DNA of 64,000 nucleotides from Nitrospiraceae bacterium (GTDB lineage Bacteria > Nitrospirota > Nitrospiria > Nitrospirales > Nitrospiraceae). The notes under the pieces were generated by a model, which ran no database searches, was not told the origin of the DNA, and worked only from the letters and a program-made list of their open reading frames with translations. Position 1 is the first letter of the stretch. Every line of letters starts with the position of its first letter. A program made the translations under genes and the position numbers. This document shows positions 21,336-30,976 of the stretch, piece by piece. The DNA is taken from positions 32,001-96,000 of the forward strand of contig JBFWWG010000011.1 in the NCBI GenBank assembly GCA_050246315.1, read 5' to 3'.

Positions 21336-23171
21336 ATGAACACACGACCTGAAAGACAGGTGGAGTTGGAGGGCGGTGGTGATGCGCTAAGCGCACCACC
21401 ACCGCAAGCAACCCTAGGCGGTGACGTCGATACGCTGGTTCAATCGGGAAACGGTCGACCTCCGAATCGGTGTGTTGCGGGGGACATGGTCTCGCGACAA
21501 ACGTTGTTGTCCGCCATAGCACAAGCTTCCACCAAAGGTGTGGGCATTGAGGAGGTACTTGGCGCAGATTTTCTCCTGGCTGAAGTCGGACCCGTACTCA
21601 GTGAATTCTATGGGTGCCCATTTGTCAGCTTCGACACGAGGCATGTTATCGCTCCGGAGCTCCTTAGAAATCTAAAATTGGACTATCTGCGTCGACACCA
21701 CTGGGTCCCCATACGCAAGGAAGGGAACGTTGTGCAGGTAGCGATGGATAACCCGGCTGACCTGAGGCGAATCCTGGACATCCGATACGCTTTCCCTGGG
21801 TGTACGGTCCAACCGGCCGTTGCGTTACGCCGCGATATTGAACGCGTCCTCGACCGTCTGACCGGGCAAGGGATGGAACAATCGATCCCCGATATTCTTA
21901 GTCAGCTCGTCAGGGAGATTGATCGGGAGAAGAAGGCCGACTCCGGTTGCGATGCGGTTGATGAAAATAGCTCGGCCATCGTCCGGCTAACCAACCAAAT
22001 TATTGCTGAAGCCCATCGGATGGGGGCATCCGACATTCATCTCGAACCGTACGGTGATCGAAAAGAAGCGGTGGTCCGCTTTCGAGTGGAGGGTACCTGC
22101 GCAACATTCATGAGGATTCCTGCGGCATATCGTCGGGCCGTTGTGTCGCGGATTAAGATCATGGCCAACCTTGATATCGCCGAGCGACGAAAACCCCAAG
22201 ATGGAAAGATTCGGATCAAAATCGGATCCGGAGATGAAATCGAATTACGGGTTGCCACTTTGCCGACGACCTCCGGTAACGAAGACGTTGTGATGCGAAT
22301 TCTGACTTCAAAAAGTCCCCTTCCGCTTTCTAGAATGGATCTCCCGGACCAGATGATCTCGTCCCTGAAGCAGGTCGTCGAGAAGCCTTATGGGATCGTG
22401 CTGTGTGTCGGACCAACCGGATCAGGGAAAACTACGACGCTCCACGCGCTACTGGCGCAGATCAACACGGATCAGCGCAAGATCTGGACGGTCGAGGATC
22501 CTGTCGAAATTACGCAGGAAGGGCTCAGGCAACTCCAGGTTCAACCCAAGATTGGGCTAACGTTTGCTACGGCACTGCGCGCATTCCTAAGGGCTGATCC
22601 AGATGTCATCATGGTGGGAGAGATGAGGGACAAGGAGACGGCGGATATCGCAATAGAAGCCTCGCTCACGGGCCATCTGGTGCTCAGTACATTGCACACG
22701 AACAGTGCGGTAGAAACCGTCTCTCGTATTCTCGACATGGGGTGCGATTCGTTCAATTTCGCCGATGCAGTTCTGGCTATTTTGGCCAAACGCCTCTGCA
22801 AACGATTGTGCCTATCTTGTAAGGAAATGTATGAGCCTACAGGTGAAGAACTGCGAACATTAGCCCACGCATACGGCATGGAAGCGTGGACTCGTCGGCT
22901 GGAACAGCAAGGGAGAGCCGTGTCGATGTTGTGGCAGCCTCGAGGGTGCGATGAGTGTAACGGGACCGGTTTCAAGGGACGAGTAGGTCTATACGAGCTT
23001 ATGCTGGGGTCGGATACAATGAAACGGCTCATCCAATCGCATGCACGAACGCATGAGTTGCGTCAATGCGCGGAAGCTGAGGGTATGGTCAGTCTTGTGC
23101 AGGACGGAATCGAGAAGATCCTACTCGGAGATACGACCCTGCAAGAGGTCAAGAAGGTAGCGATAAGGTAG
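21336..23171 (+). CDS. PilB/GspE-family assembly ATPase
   Basis: ASDIHLEP, LDIAERRKPQDG, GPTGSGKTT, EDPVE, DPDVIMVGE, TGHLVLSTLH and tetracysteine CLSC/CDEC. Confidence 0.93.
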   Translation: MNTRPERQVELEGGGDALSAPPPQATLGGDVDTLVQSGNGRPPNRCVAGDMVSRQTLLSAIAQASTKGVGIEEVLGADFLLAEVGPVLSEFYGCPFVSFDTRHVIAPELLRNLKLDYLRRHHWVPIRKEGNVVQVAMDNPADLRRILDIRYAFPGCTVQPAVALRRDIERVLDRLTGQGMEQSIPDILSQLVREIDREKKADSGCDAVDENSSAIVRLTNQIIAEAHRMGASDIHLEPYGDRKEAVVRFRVEGTCATFMRIPAAYRRAVVSRIKIMANLDIAERRKPQDGKIRIKIGSGDEIELRVATLPTTSGNEDVVMRILTSKSPLPLSRMDLPDQMISSLKQVVEKPYGIVLCVGPTGSGKTTTLHALLAQINTDQRKIWTVEDPVEITQEGLRQLQVQPKIGLTFATALRAFLRADPDVIMVGEMRDKETADIAIEASLTGHLVLSTLHTNSAVETVSRILDMGCDSFNFADAVLAILAKRLCKRLCLSCKEMYEPTGEELRTLAHAYGMEAWTRRLEQQGRAVSMLWQPRGCDECNGTGFKGRVGLYELMLGSDTMKRLIQSHARTHELRQCAEAEGMVSLVQDGIEKILLGDTTLQEVKKVAIR

Positions 23172-23564
23172 TGCGACGCGCGAATCGCATCGACGACTGA
23201 TCGGTTCAGGTGAACAAGGGTGGGCCATGGCCACGGGCCTACCTCAACCAGTTCTCATTCGTTTGTAGTCTTTCCTCCTACACGCAAGGTCCTTCCTCGT
23301 GCGGCATGTGAACTCATCTGGCTGTCGTATGGCGGCCGGAACCCCGATCTTTTGGACAGGTGCTATGCTTCCCTAGGAAGGAAGTCCTGCCTGAGTAGAG
23401 CGGATATAGGACTGCCCCTTCCTTCTTAGTACTGTGGGAGCATGGAGGGTTGTACAAATTCTGTCAGATTGCGTGCCGAGAAATGGCCGAGCGGGATCAT
23501 GACTGACAGTACAGAACCAAGCACAAACAATGAGTTGAGAAGCCCAGGTAAGGCCTTCCCGTAT

Positions 23565-23579
23565 GGGCATACGCCTTGC
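23565..23579 (+). promoter_or_regulatory. Sigma54 -24/-12 promoter of the second minor pilin operon
   Basis: GGGCATACGCCTTGC, exact GG-N10-GC spacing with TTGC. Confidence 0.55.
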
Positions 23580-23621
23580 CAATCATGTGAGAGGCATGGT
23601 CGGACCATGAGGTGCCAGTCC

Positions 23622-24095
23622 ATGAACAAATCCACGGCGCGTACCAAGCAAGCAGGCTTTACACTAGTCGAACTAGTCACGGTCACTGCTATTGTCGGTA
23701 TCCTGACGGGGTTAGCCGTGCCAGCCTACAACCAGTGGATAGCGAGGTTTCAACTTAAGCAGGCCGTAGCGGATATTCAGAGTCAGCTGACCCATGCCCG
23801 ATGGATCGCGATGAATCGCAATGCCACTGTTCGTGTAGCCTTGGCCACGGTATCAGGCAAGGTCCAACTGAACGTGACGGATGTGACGGGGACTCAGCAA
23901 CTGGTCCCTCCATCCACGATGATGGGAACTATCAATGGTGTTGCAGGGGGACCCGTTCAGTTTTCCTCCATGGGAATGCTGGCGAATGGGACGAGTGCGC
24001 TTATCCAGGTATCCAATACAAAAAGCCAAACCTATTCGGTGTGGGTCAATGCTGGTGGCAAGGCTACATGGTGTCCCAAGAGTACGTGCCCGTGA
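23622..24095 (+). CDS. FimT/FimU-like minor pilin (set 2)
   Basis: QAG|FTLVELV, ARWIAM, QFSSMG and a C-terminal Cys pair. Alternative start 23607. Confidence 0.87.
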   Translation: MNKSTARTKQAGFTLVELVTVTAIVGILTGLAVPAYNQWIARFQLKQAVADIQSQLTHARWIAMNRNATVRVALATVSGKVQLNVTDVTGTQQLVPPSTMMGTINGVAGGPVQFSSMGMLANGTSALIQVSNTKSQTYSVWVNAGGKATWCPKSTCP

Positions 24096-24121
24096 GCATA
24101 AGGAATGGAGAGGGGCGGTCA

Positions 24122-24625
24122 ATGCGTCTCGATGAAGCCGGGTTTACGTTGATCGAGGGCATGCTTGCTGCTGTGGTTCTGGCGATTGGGCTCCTCGCGC
24201 TCTCGGGAATGCAAGCCATTTCTTTGGGAACCAATGTGGATGCAAACGAACTCACAAGGGCAACGACGCTGGCTTCGGACATGATCGAACGAATCCAGTT
24301 CAACAGGTTTAACGTGGCGGCATACCACGGAATTGACACAGCAGCCTCGACTCCCTGTGCGCAGAGCGCGACGGCCCAACCAATGGCGCGTGGCGATTGT
24401 CTGCAATGGCAGACGATGCTGAATAACTCAGGGCTGACGGGGATGACCGGGACTGTCGTGCTGGCCCCGATTCCTCCTGCCACAGACCCATTGAATCTCA
24501 ACCGGACGACGGTGCAGGTGAGCGTGCGATGGACCGGTGGCATGGCGACATCAACGGGGCAAGGATTGGGAAAACTCAGCCGGCCCAAAACAGTCACGAT
24601 GACGACCGTGGTAGCACGAGAATAA
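24122..24625 (+). CDS. pilV: PilV-like minor pilin (set 2)
   Basis: EAG|FTLIEGMLAAVVLAIGLL, LASDMIERI and DCLQWQ. Confidence 0.85.
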   Translation: MRLDEAGFTLIEGMLAAVVLAIGLLALSGMQAISLGTNVDANELTRATTLASDMIERIQFNRFNVAAYHGIDTAASTPCAQSATAQPMARGDCLQWQTMLNNSGLTGMTGTVVLAPIPPATDPLNLNRTTVQVSVRWTGGMATSTGQGLGKLSRPKTVTMTTVVARE

Positions 24626-24645
24626 TACAGGTGAACGTGCGACGC

Positions 24646-25677
24646 ATGGAGTCTCTCAATTTCGGTCCCGGTAACCAGTGCGGCATGACGCTGGTCGAGC
24701 TTGTTGTTGCGATTCTCATCAGCATCGTCATTCTTGCTGCGGGGTTTACGGCGCTGGTTACAACGGAGAAGGCATCACGTGCGAATGGTCAGACGGTGGA
24801 TACGCAGCAAAACGCCAGGATTGCAATGGATCTGATCGCCCGAGATATCAGAGGAGCAGGGATGGGGATGATCGGGGGCATCGGAGCATGTCCCACAGCA
24901 GTGGTCCCTGCGGATCAGACTCCCGCCGGGGCAGACTCGGGGTCGGATACTATCTCCCTCGTCACTCCGACCGGCAGCGGTACTTGGACATTGTCCGGAG
25001 CCGTCGGAGCTAGCGGAGCCGGTTTCAGTCAGCTTGTGCTTTCAGGCGGAGCGGGCGGGGCTGTGGCCAATATGCAATCGATGGGGATGGGAACCGGTTC
25101 GGTATTGAACATTGGAGGGGCCGTGAGCGGAACTGTCTCAGCGTTGGATGTCAATGCTGGTACTATCAATTTGAGTAATTTAGTGCCACCGCCGGCAACT
25201 TTTCCCAGCGGGACGTCTGTCTATTTGCTGCAGTGCGTTACGTATTCGATCGGTACAACGGCTGCAGCCTGTGGTGGGGGAGCGAGCCCGTGCCTCCTGC
25301 GAGGCGGCATCCCGGTCGTCGATGGGATCGAGAACATCCAATTTGCCTATGGGTGCGACGGATGCGTGGGGGCAATTAACGGCGGAGTGCCCGATGGAGT
25401 GATTGACGATCAGAACGGCAACAACAGTTTTGACCAGGCGGATTTCCTGACCAACAGCCTATGGGCGACGGGAGCGGCCACCATCAAGCTCGTTCAAATC
25501 TCTATCGTGGCACGACAATTGGGGGGTGAGCAAGGGTTTGGCGAAGGGCCACAAGCCGGAGTCTCTTCCCCTCCAACTTTACAAGTGAGCGACCACGCGA
25601 TGAACCTTGCAGGCACGCAGCAGTTTCGAAGGCGTCTTTTGACGCGAACCATTGAGCTACGCAACGCTCGACTCTGA
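24646..25677 (+). CDS. pilW: PilW-like minor pilin (set 2)
   Basis: QCG|MTLVELVVAI, QQNARIAMDLIARDIRGAG, GIENIQFAYG and C-terminal IELRN. Confidence 0.87.
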   Translation: MESLNFGPGNQCGMTLVELVVAILISIVILAAGFTALVTTEKASRANGQTVDTQQNARIAMDLIARDIRGAGMGMIGGIGACPTAVVPADQTPAGADSGSDTISLVTPTGSGTWTLSGAVGASGAGFSQLVLSGGAGGAVANMQSMGMGTGSVLNIGGAVSGTVSALDVNAGTINLSNLVPPPATFPSGTSVYLLQCVTYSIGTTAAACGGGASPCLLRGGIPVVDGIENIQFAYGCDGCVGAINGGVPDGVIDDQNGNNSFDQADFLTNSLWATGAATIKLVQISIVARQLGGEQGFGEGPQAGVSSPPTLQVSDHAMNLAGTQQFRRRLLTRTIELRNARL

Positions 25678-25698
25678 GTAGTTGTTGTTGAGGAAACG

Positions 25699-26319
25699 AT
25701 GAATCGATCTCGCATCGGACTCCCGCCAGTCGTCACCGTTCTCGGTAGGCAGAACGGCGTGGCGTTCTTGACGGTCATGATGTTGCTGTTGATCCTGACC
25801 GTGCTTGGAATTGCAGCGATCACGGTGACGGGATTCGAAAATCGGGTTGCCGGACTGTCACGGAATGCCGAAGCGGCGAACACCGCGATCGAGTCCTGCA
25901 TCCAGACCGCCGTCAATGTCATCCAGCAGACGATTGATCAGGCAGATGTGCCGGGCACCTTGGTTCCCGATCCGGTGCCGACCACAGCAATGCGCGCCCA
26001 GCTAACGCAGGAAATACTCGGGCAGTCCGACAACAATCTCGATGCCCCGACCACCGGCTCCGCCAATCTTGTCCAGTCGGTTGGTGGCTATACAGTCAAT
26101 GGAGATATCGATCGGCTCTATATCCGCGCACCTGGTGGTGGCGCGTTACAGTTTGCAGCTGGCTATGAGGGTATGGGGGCTGGCGCGGCCGGTGGAGGTG
26201 TCGAAATCCTCTATAGCATCGCCTGTGCAACGACCCATGCGGTGACGGGAACCACAGTCAGGACCAGCGCGGTTTACGCCTGTACGGCAACGGGTGAGAG
26301 TTGCCAGAGAAAGATCTAG
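25699..26319 (+). CDS. pilX: PilX-like minor pilin (set 2)
   Basis: QNG|VAFLTVMMLLLILTVLG (no Glu5); position after pilW. Confidence 0.82.
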   Translation: MNRSRIGLPPVVTVLGRQNGVAFLTVMMLLLILTVLGIAAITVTGFENRVAGLSRNAEAANTAIESCIQTAVNVIQQTIDQADVPGTLVPDPVPTTAMRAQLTQEILGQSDNNLDAPTTGSANLVQSVGGYTVNGDIDRLYIRAPGGGALQFAAGYEGMGAGAAGGGVEILYSIACATTHAVTGTTVRTSAVYACTATGESCQRKI

Positions 26320-26330
26320 GAGGCTCTGTC

Positions 26331-26711
26331 ATGAGACACACATCTGAGCCTGAAGCTGTTCGCGAGTCATGCACAGATCACCTTCGACCGTGCTGGAATG
26401 TATGCCTGTTGACTCGCGTGCTCATGGTGGTCTTCCTGTGCAGTCTGCTTGGCGCCTCCCTGCACAAAGAGACTGCTTTTGGAAGTGAGGAGCGAGATCC
26501 CTACCAGGGTTTTATGGATGGAATCGTGACGGCGGTGCGGGACAAATCCCTCTACATCAATGAACGGCCGTTTGCGGTCAAGAGCGGAGTCGAAGTGAAG
26601 GATCAATACGGACAGCGGGTTGAGTACCAGCAGATCGAAGCTGGAGACCACATCAGATATCTGGTCCAAGATGGGATGGTCATCAAGATTATCGTCATCC
26701 ATCCCAGTTGA
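26331..26711 (+). CDS. Small exported protein, possibly PilY2-like
   Basis: Hydrophobic signal segment then a short beta-rich domain; lies directly before pilY1. Confidence 0.5.
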   Translation: MRHTSEPEAVRESCTDHLRPCWNVCLLTRVLMVVFLCSLLGASLHKETAFGSEERDPYQGFMDGIVTAVRDKSLYINERPFAVKSGVEVKDQYGQRVEYQQIEAGDHIRYLVQDGMVIKIIVIHPS

Positions 26712-26751
26712 TGCGTTATCAGACGATAGGCTAATTCAGGAGGGGATCACG

Positions 26752-29700
26752 ATGAAACGCCGGAAGTTCGCGACACGTGTGAGTGCTGCCCTTCTGTCCG
26801 TCCTCGCCTTCTCGGCCTCGCCGCAGGCTAGCGCTCAATCCATGGGTGACTACACTTCGGTGCCAGCCTTCGTCTCAGACGCGCTCCCGCCGAACGTGCT
26901 GATGCTCATGGATAATTCGGGGAGTATGAACGAATCGGCCTATCACCAATTTGGTGAAGCCTATGATCCCGCGAAGTCCTATTATGGCTACTTCGATCCG
27001 TCGACGTGTTACAACTATGCCTCCTCGAGATTCAACGCGGGCGCCAATCGAGCCGCCGGTAATCCCCGATGTAGTAACCCAGATCCGTGGGACGGCAATT
27101 TCCTCAACTATATCGCGACAACTCGGTTCGAGATTATCAAGTGGGTCATGATAGGAGGAAAGTGTTCGCCTCGCCTAGCGGATGGAACCTGTTACCCCAG
27201 TGGTCAGCTCGTTGCTGAAACGCTTGAGTCCGTGACCAGTATAGATAATGTCGCCGCGGATGGCATTGCCCCATATACGGGGGCGAAGTGTTTCTCGCGG
27301 GATGCCGATCAACTCAAGGTCTATAACGTCGGCTGCGGGAGCGGTACGAATACGTTCAATCTCTATCGCCAAATCACCTCCGAACCCACCGGGGTGCTCC
27401 AGCAAGTGGGTGGTGACAAAGCACGATTTGGGCTAATGGTTTTCAATAAACAGACCGGAAGCGGATCGGTGCAAGGCGGTGATGTCATAAGGCCGATCGG
27501 CGGGACCATGTCGGAGATGGTGAAGGCGATCAACAGTCACAATGCAACCCAGTGGACGCCGCTGGGCGAATCGCTTTATGAGGCGACACGGTACTTTGCA
27601 CAGATTAAGCCGGCCTACGCCAACTCGAACTATTCCTACTCCAGTCAAAGCGATGACCCATACTATTACCGATCCCCCTGGGTCTCCACCGATCAGTATG
27701 TGAAGTGCTGCAAGAGTTTTGTGATCATCTTTACCGATGGACAACCAACCCAGGATTTGGCCGTGCCCTCGACCGTATATGACCATGCTCATTCCACCGG
27801 GGCACATGCTCTCATCAACGTGAATGGTTCAGGTCACTGTAATACATCAGCCGGATGTACCGTGCCACATTCCTCAGCTCCCCACATTAGCCACGGTGGA
27901 GGCCTAACGGACCACAGCGCTGGAGCGACTCAAGTCGATCACCACGACAACTGCTCTTCCTACTACGGGGGGCAGAATGCAGATGCGTGTGTCAGTAACG
28001 GCTCCCACTACCTCGACGATGTGGCCTATTGGGCTCACACGACGGATCTACGACCTTGTAACGGTGTGGCCAACGGGGCGATTGCAGGCATTAATGAAAC
28101 GGGAAAATGTTTAGAGGGAAATCAGAATCTGATTGTCTACACATTCTATGCTTTTGGAGCCGGAGCCAACATTCTCATGGATGCCGCGAAATTCGGCGGA
28201 TTTGAGGATCGAAACAACAACAATGTGTTTGATGCAGGAGTCGATGTCTTCGATCGCGTAAATAATTACACCGGCGCTGCTGGGGCAGACGGGTTGCCAG
28301 ACACGTACTTCGAGTCCTATAACGCCGACGACATGAGGGACAAGATGGTCGCCACGATCAACAGTATCTTGGCTCGGAGTGCGTCGGGGACATCGGCTTC
28401 TGTTCTGGCCAATTCCTCAACCGGTGAAGGATCACTCTATCAAGCCTACTTCTTCCCCAAGTCGATCGAGAATCCCAATGTCACTTGGGTGGGGTACACC
28501 CATGGTTTGTGGGTCGATAGTTTTGGGAATGTTCGTGAAGATACGGTCCATGATGGCAAGCTGATCTATAACCAGGATTACATCATCAAGCCCTACTATG
28601 ACGCGAATAATGGAAAGGTGAAGGCGGATCGTTATGTTGATAGCGACAACGACGGCAAGGCGAATTCGCTGGTGGATACGGTTGATCTTGAGTTGGTGAA
28701 TAGTATTTGGGAAGCTGGCCGGCGACTGGCGCTGAAAGCTCATACGAGTCGTCGCATCCTCACATGGATCGATAAGAACGGCGATGGCATTGTCGACAGT
28801 GGGCAAGATAACGGTATTCACACCGATATCACGGCTGGCGAAGTCATACCCTTTGGGACCAACGCGGCCAATAAAACTGAGCTGAAAAAATACATGAGAG
28901 GGGAGAATTCTCCATCGGTCTATACGTCCGACAATCTCATCGATTTCATCTTGGGGTGTGATCCTGTAACCTGTACGGCGCAAGCGGGCCTTCGGGAACG
29001 GCGTTTGTCTGTGAAGGACGATTCTAATGCGACCGTGACCAAGGTCTGGAAATATGGGGATCCGATTAACTCAACGCCGACGGTGGTAGCGGCACCAAGA
29101 GAGCGATACGACGTGATTTATGGCGATGGCACCTATGTCGAGTTTTTTAAGCAGTATCGAACCAGGCGCCAGATGATCTATGTCGGCGCCAACGATGGGA
29201 TGCTGCACGCCTTCGATGGTGGTTTCTACCATCGATCAGATGGGTCGCATCATGGCTGCTTTACGGCAAATCTTAGCGACATGTGCGTCACCCAAACGAC
29301 CACACCGACGCAACTCGGCGAGGAGAAGTGGGCCTTCATTCCCTATCAACTGTTGCCCCACCTCAAATGGTTGGCGCAGGGAGACTACTCGCATGTCTAC
29401 TATGTTGATCTGAAGCCGAAAATTACCGACGCCCGTATTTTTGCCGCTGATGCCGACCATCCTCAAGGCTGGGGAACTATCCTCATCGGTGGGTTGCGGA
29501 TGGGTGGTAGTTGTAACTGTGCGGCCGGGCAAAAGGGGCGGAAGATGAGTGTGACCGAAGATTTTACTGGTTCGGGTACTACGACCAGAGATTTTTACAG
29601 CGCCTATTTTGTGCTGGATATCACCAATCCGGAAAAGGACCCCAAACTGCTCTGGTCTTTTTCTACGTCGGATCTCGGTATGACCACAAGTTACCCGACC

Positions 29701-30975
29701 GTGGTCAGAGTAAAACCGAGTGGGGGAAGTAAGGCGGACAACACGAATGCCAAATGGTTTGTCGTGTTCGGATCCGGGCCGAATGGCGACCCGTCATCCG
29801 GCAAACCGTCTGTTTATGAAGGAGGAGTCAGTCAGAAGGGTAAGATGTGGGCGGTGAATCTAGCTACAGGTCCCACATCCGGGAACGTGGTGTCTTTCAA
29901 TGTGAACAGTGCCAATTCACCTCAGAAAGAGTTCTTCGGGGACTTGATCTCGATGGATCGGGATCTCGACTATCGTGGCGATGTTGTATACGGTGGGACA
30001 GTCATGGATGATGGATCTGCACCGTGGCGTGGCAAGTTGTACCGATTGACAACAGGAGATGTCTCTGCCTCGCCCACTCCTGTGGCATTTGGGTTGAACA
30101 CGGATCCTACGAAGTGGGGCAAACTGCAGGAGCCGACTGAAGTCATCGATACATTCGTGCTCGACGGCACGACGCCTGTGACGAAGGAAACCGGTCCGAT
30201 AGTGGCTGCTCCGACAGTCACGCTGGATGATGCAAACAAAGTGTGGGTCTTCTTTGGAACGGGCCGGTATCACAGTGCTTCAGATAAGACCGATACCAGC
30301 ACCCAGTATTTCTTTGGCATCAAGGATTCTGCCCTCAGTTACGACTGCGCACAGTCCACCACGACCAATTGTCAGGACAATGATCTGGTAAATGTCAGCG
30401 GCGCCAGCATCTGTACGACCTGTGCGGCCAACGGCAATGTCACGGGCGTTACAGCGACGATTGGCGCCGGATCCGTGACCGTTACCGATTTCGACAATTC
30501 CACGTCCAATACGTCATTAGCGCAGTTGGTCAAGAATAAAGACGGCTGGGTGACGACTATGCCGGACAGTCGAGAACGGGTGCTTGTGGCACCGGCGTTG
30601 CTGGGCGGTGTTGTCTTCTTTCCGAGCTTCACGCCGGTGAATGATATCTGTGCCGGAATCGGGACTTCACAACTCTATGGGCTGTTCTATAAGACGGGTA
30701 CGGCTCACAAAGACCCGATTCTCGGGGTGACCACCTCGGCGGGGAATAATTATGCAGATCGGCGTGTCAGTATGGGTGAAGGGATGATGTCTCAGGCTGC
30801 GATCCACATCGGAGGACAGGGGGGCGGTGCATCCGGTGCCTCAAGCGGGACCGGGTGTCAGGGGAGAGTCTCCGTTATCATGCAATCCAGCATGGGTGCG
30901 CTCAGCGGCCGCTGCACCATGCCGGTGAGTCCCGTGTACAGCCGCTATGTTTCTTGGGTGAACAATCGAGACTAA
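26752..30975 (+). CDS. pilY1: PilY1/PilC-like pilus tip adhesin
   Basis: Signal peptide, vWA MIDAS-like DNSGSM, TPLGESL, FTDG, YVGANDGMLHAF, EKWAFIP and FFGTGRY propeller motifs. Confidence 0.93.
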   Translation: MKRRKFATRVSAALLSVLAFSASPQASAQSMGDYTSVPAFVSDALPPNVLMLMDNSGSMNESAYHQFGEAYDPAKSYYGYFDPSTCYNYASSRFNAGANRAAGNPRCSNPDPWDGNFLNYIATTRFEIIKWVMIGGKCSPRLADGTCYPSGQLVAETLESVTSIDNVAADGIAPYTGAKCFSRDADQLKVYNVGCGSGTNTFNLYRQITSEPTGVLQQVGGDKARFGLMVFNKQTGSGSVQGGDVIRPIGGTMSEMVKAINSHNATQWTPLGESLYEATRYFAQIKPAYANSNYSYSSQSDDPYYYRSPWVSTDQYVKCCKSFVIIFTDGQPTQDLAVPSTVYDHAHSTGAHALINVNGSGHCNTSAGCTVPHSSAPHISHGGGLTDHSAGATQVDHHDNCSSYYGGQNADACVSNGSHYLDDVAYWAHTTDLRPCNGVANGAIAGINETGKCLEGNQNLIVYTFYAFGAGANILMDAAKFGGFEDRNNNNVFDAGVDVFDRVNNYTGAAGADGLPDTYFESYNADDMRDKMVATINSILARSASGTSASVLANSSTGEGSLYQAYFFPKSIENPNVTWVGYTHGLWVDSFGNVREDTVHDGKLIYNQDYIIKPYYDANNGKVKADRYVDSDNDGKANSLVDTVDLELVNSIWEAGRRLALKAHTSRRILTWIDKNGDGIVDSGQDNGIHTDITAGEVIPFGTNAANKTELKKYMRGENSPSVYTSDNLIDFILGCDPVTCTAQAGLRERRLSVKDDSNATVTKVWKYGDPINSTPTVVAAPRERYDVIYGDGTYVEFFKQYRTRRQMIYVGANDGMLHAFDGGFYHRSDGSHHGCFTANLSDMCVTQTTTPTQLGEEKWAFIPYQLLPHLKWLAQGDYSHVYYVDLKPKITDARIFAADADHPQGWGTILIGGLRMGGSCNCAAGQKGRKMSVTEDFTGSGTTTRDFYSAYFVLDITNPEKDPKLLWSFSTSDLGMTTSYPTVVRVKPSGGSKADNTNAKWFVVFGSGPNGDPSSGKPSVYEGGVSQKGKMWAVNLATGPTSGNVVSFNVNSANSPQKEFFGDLISMDRDLDYRGDVVYGGTVMDDGSAPWRGKLYRLTTGDVSASPTPVAFGLNTDPTKWGKLQEPTEVIDTFVLDGTTPVTKETGPIVAAPTVTLDDANKVWVFFGTGRYHSASDKTDTSTQYFFGIKDSALSYDCAQSTTTNCQDNDLVNVSGASICTTCAANGNVTGVTATIGAGSVTVTDFDNSTSNTSLAQLVKNKDGWVTTMPDSRERVLVAPALLGGVVFFPSFTPVNDICAGIGTSQLYGLFYKTGTAHKDPILGVTTSAGNNYADRRVSMGEGMMSQAAIHIGGQGGGASGASSGTGCQGRVSVIMQSSMGALSGRCTMPVSPVYSRYVSWVNNRD

Positions 30976-30976
30976 G

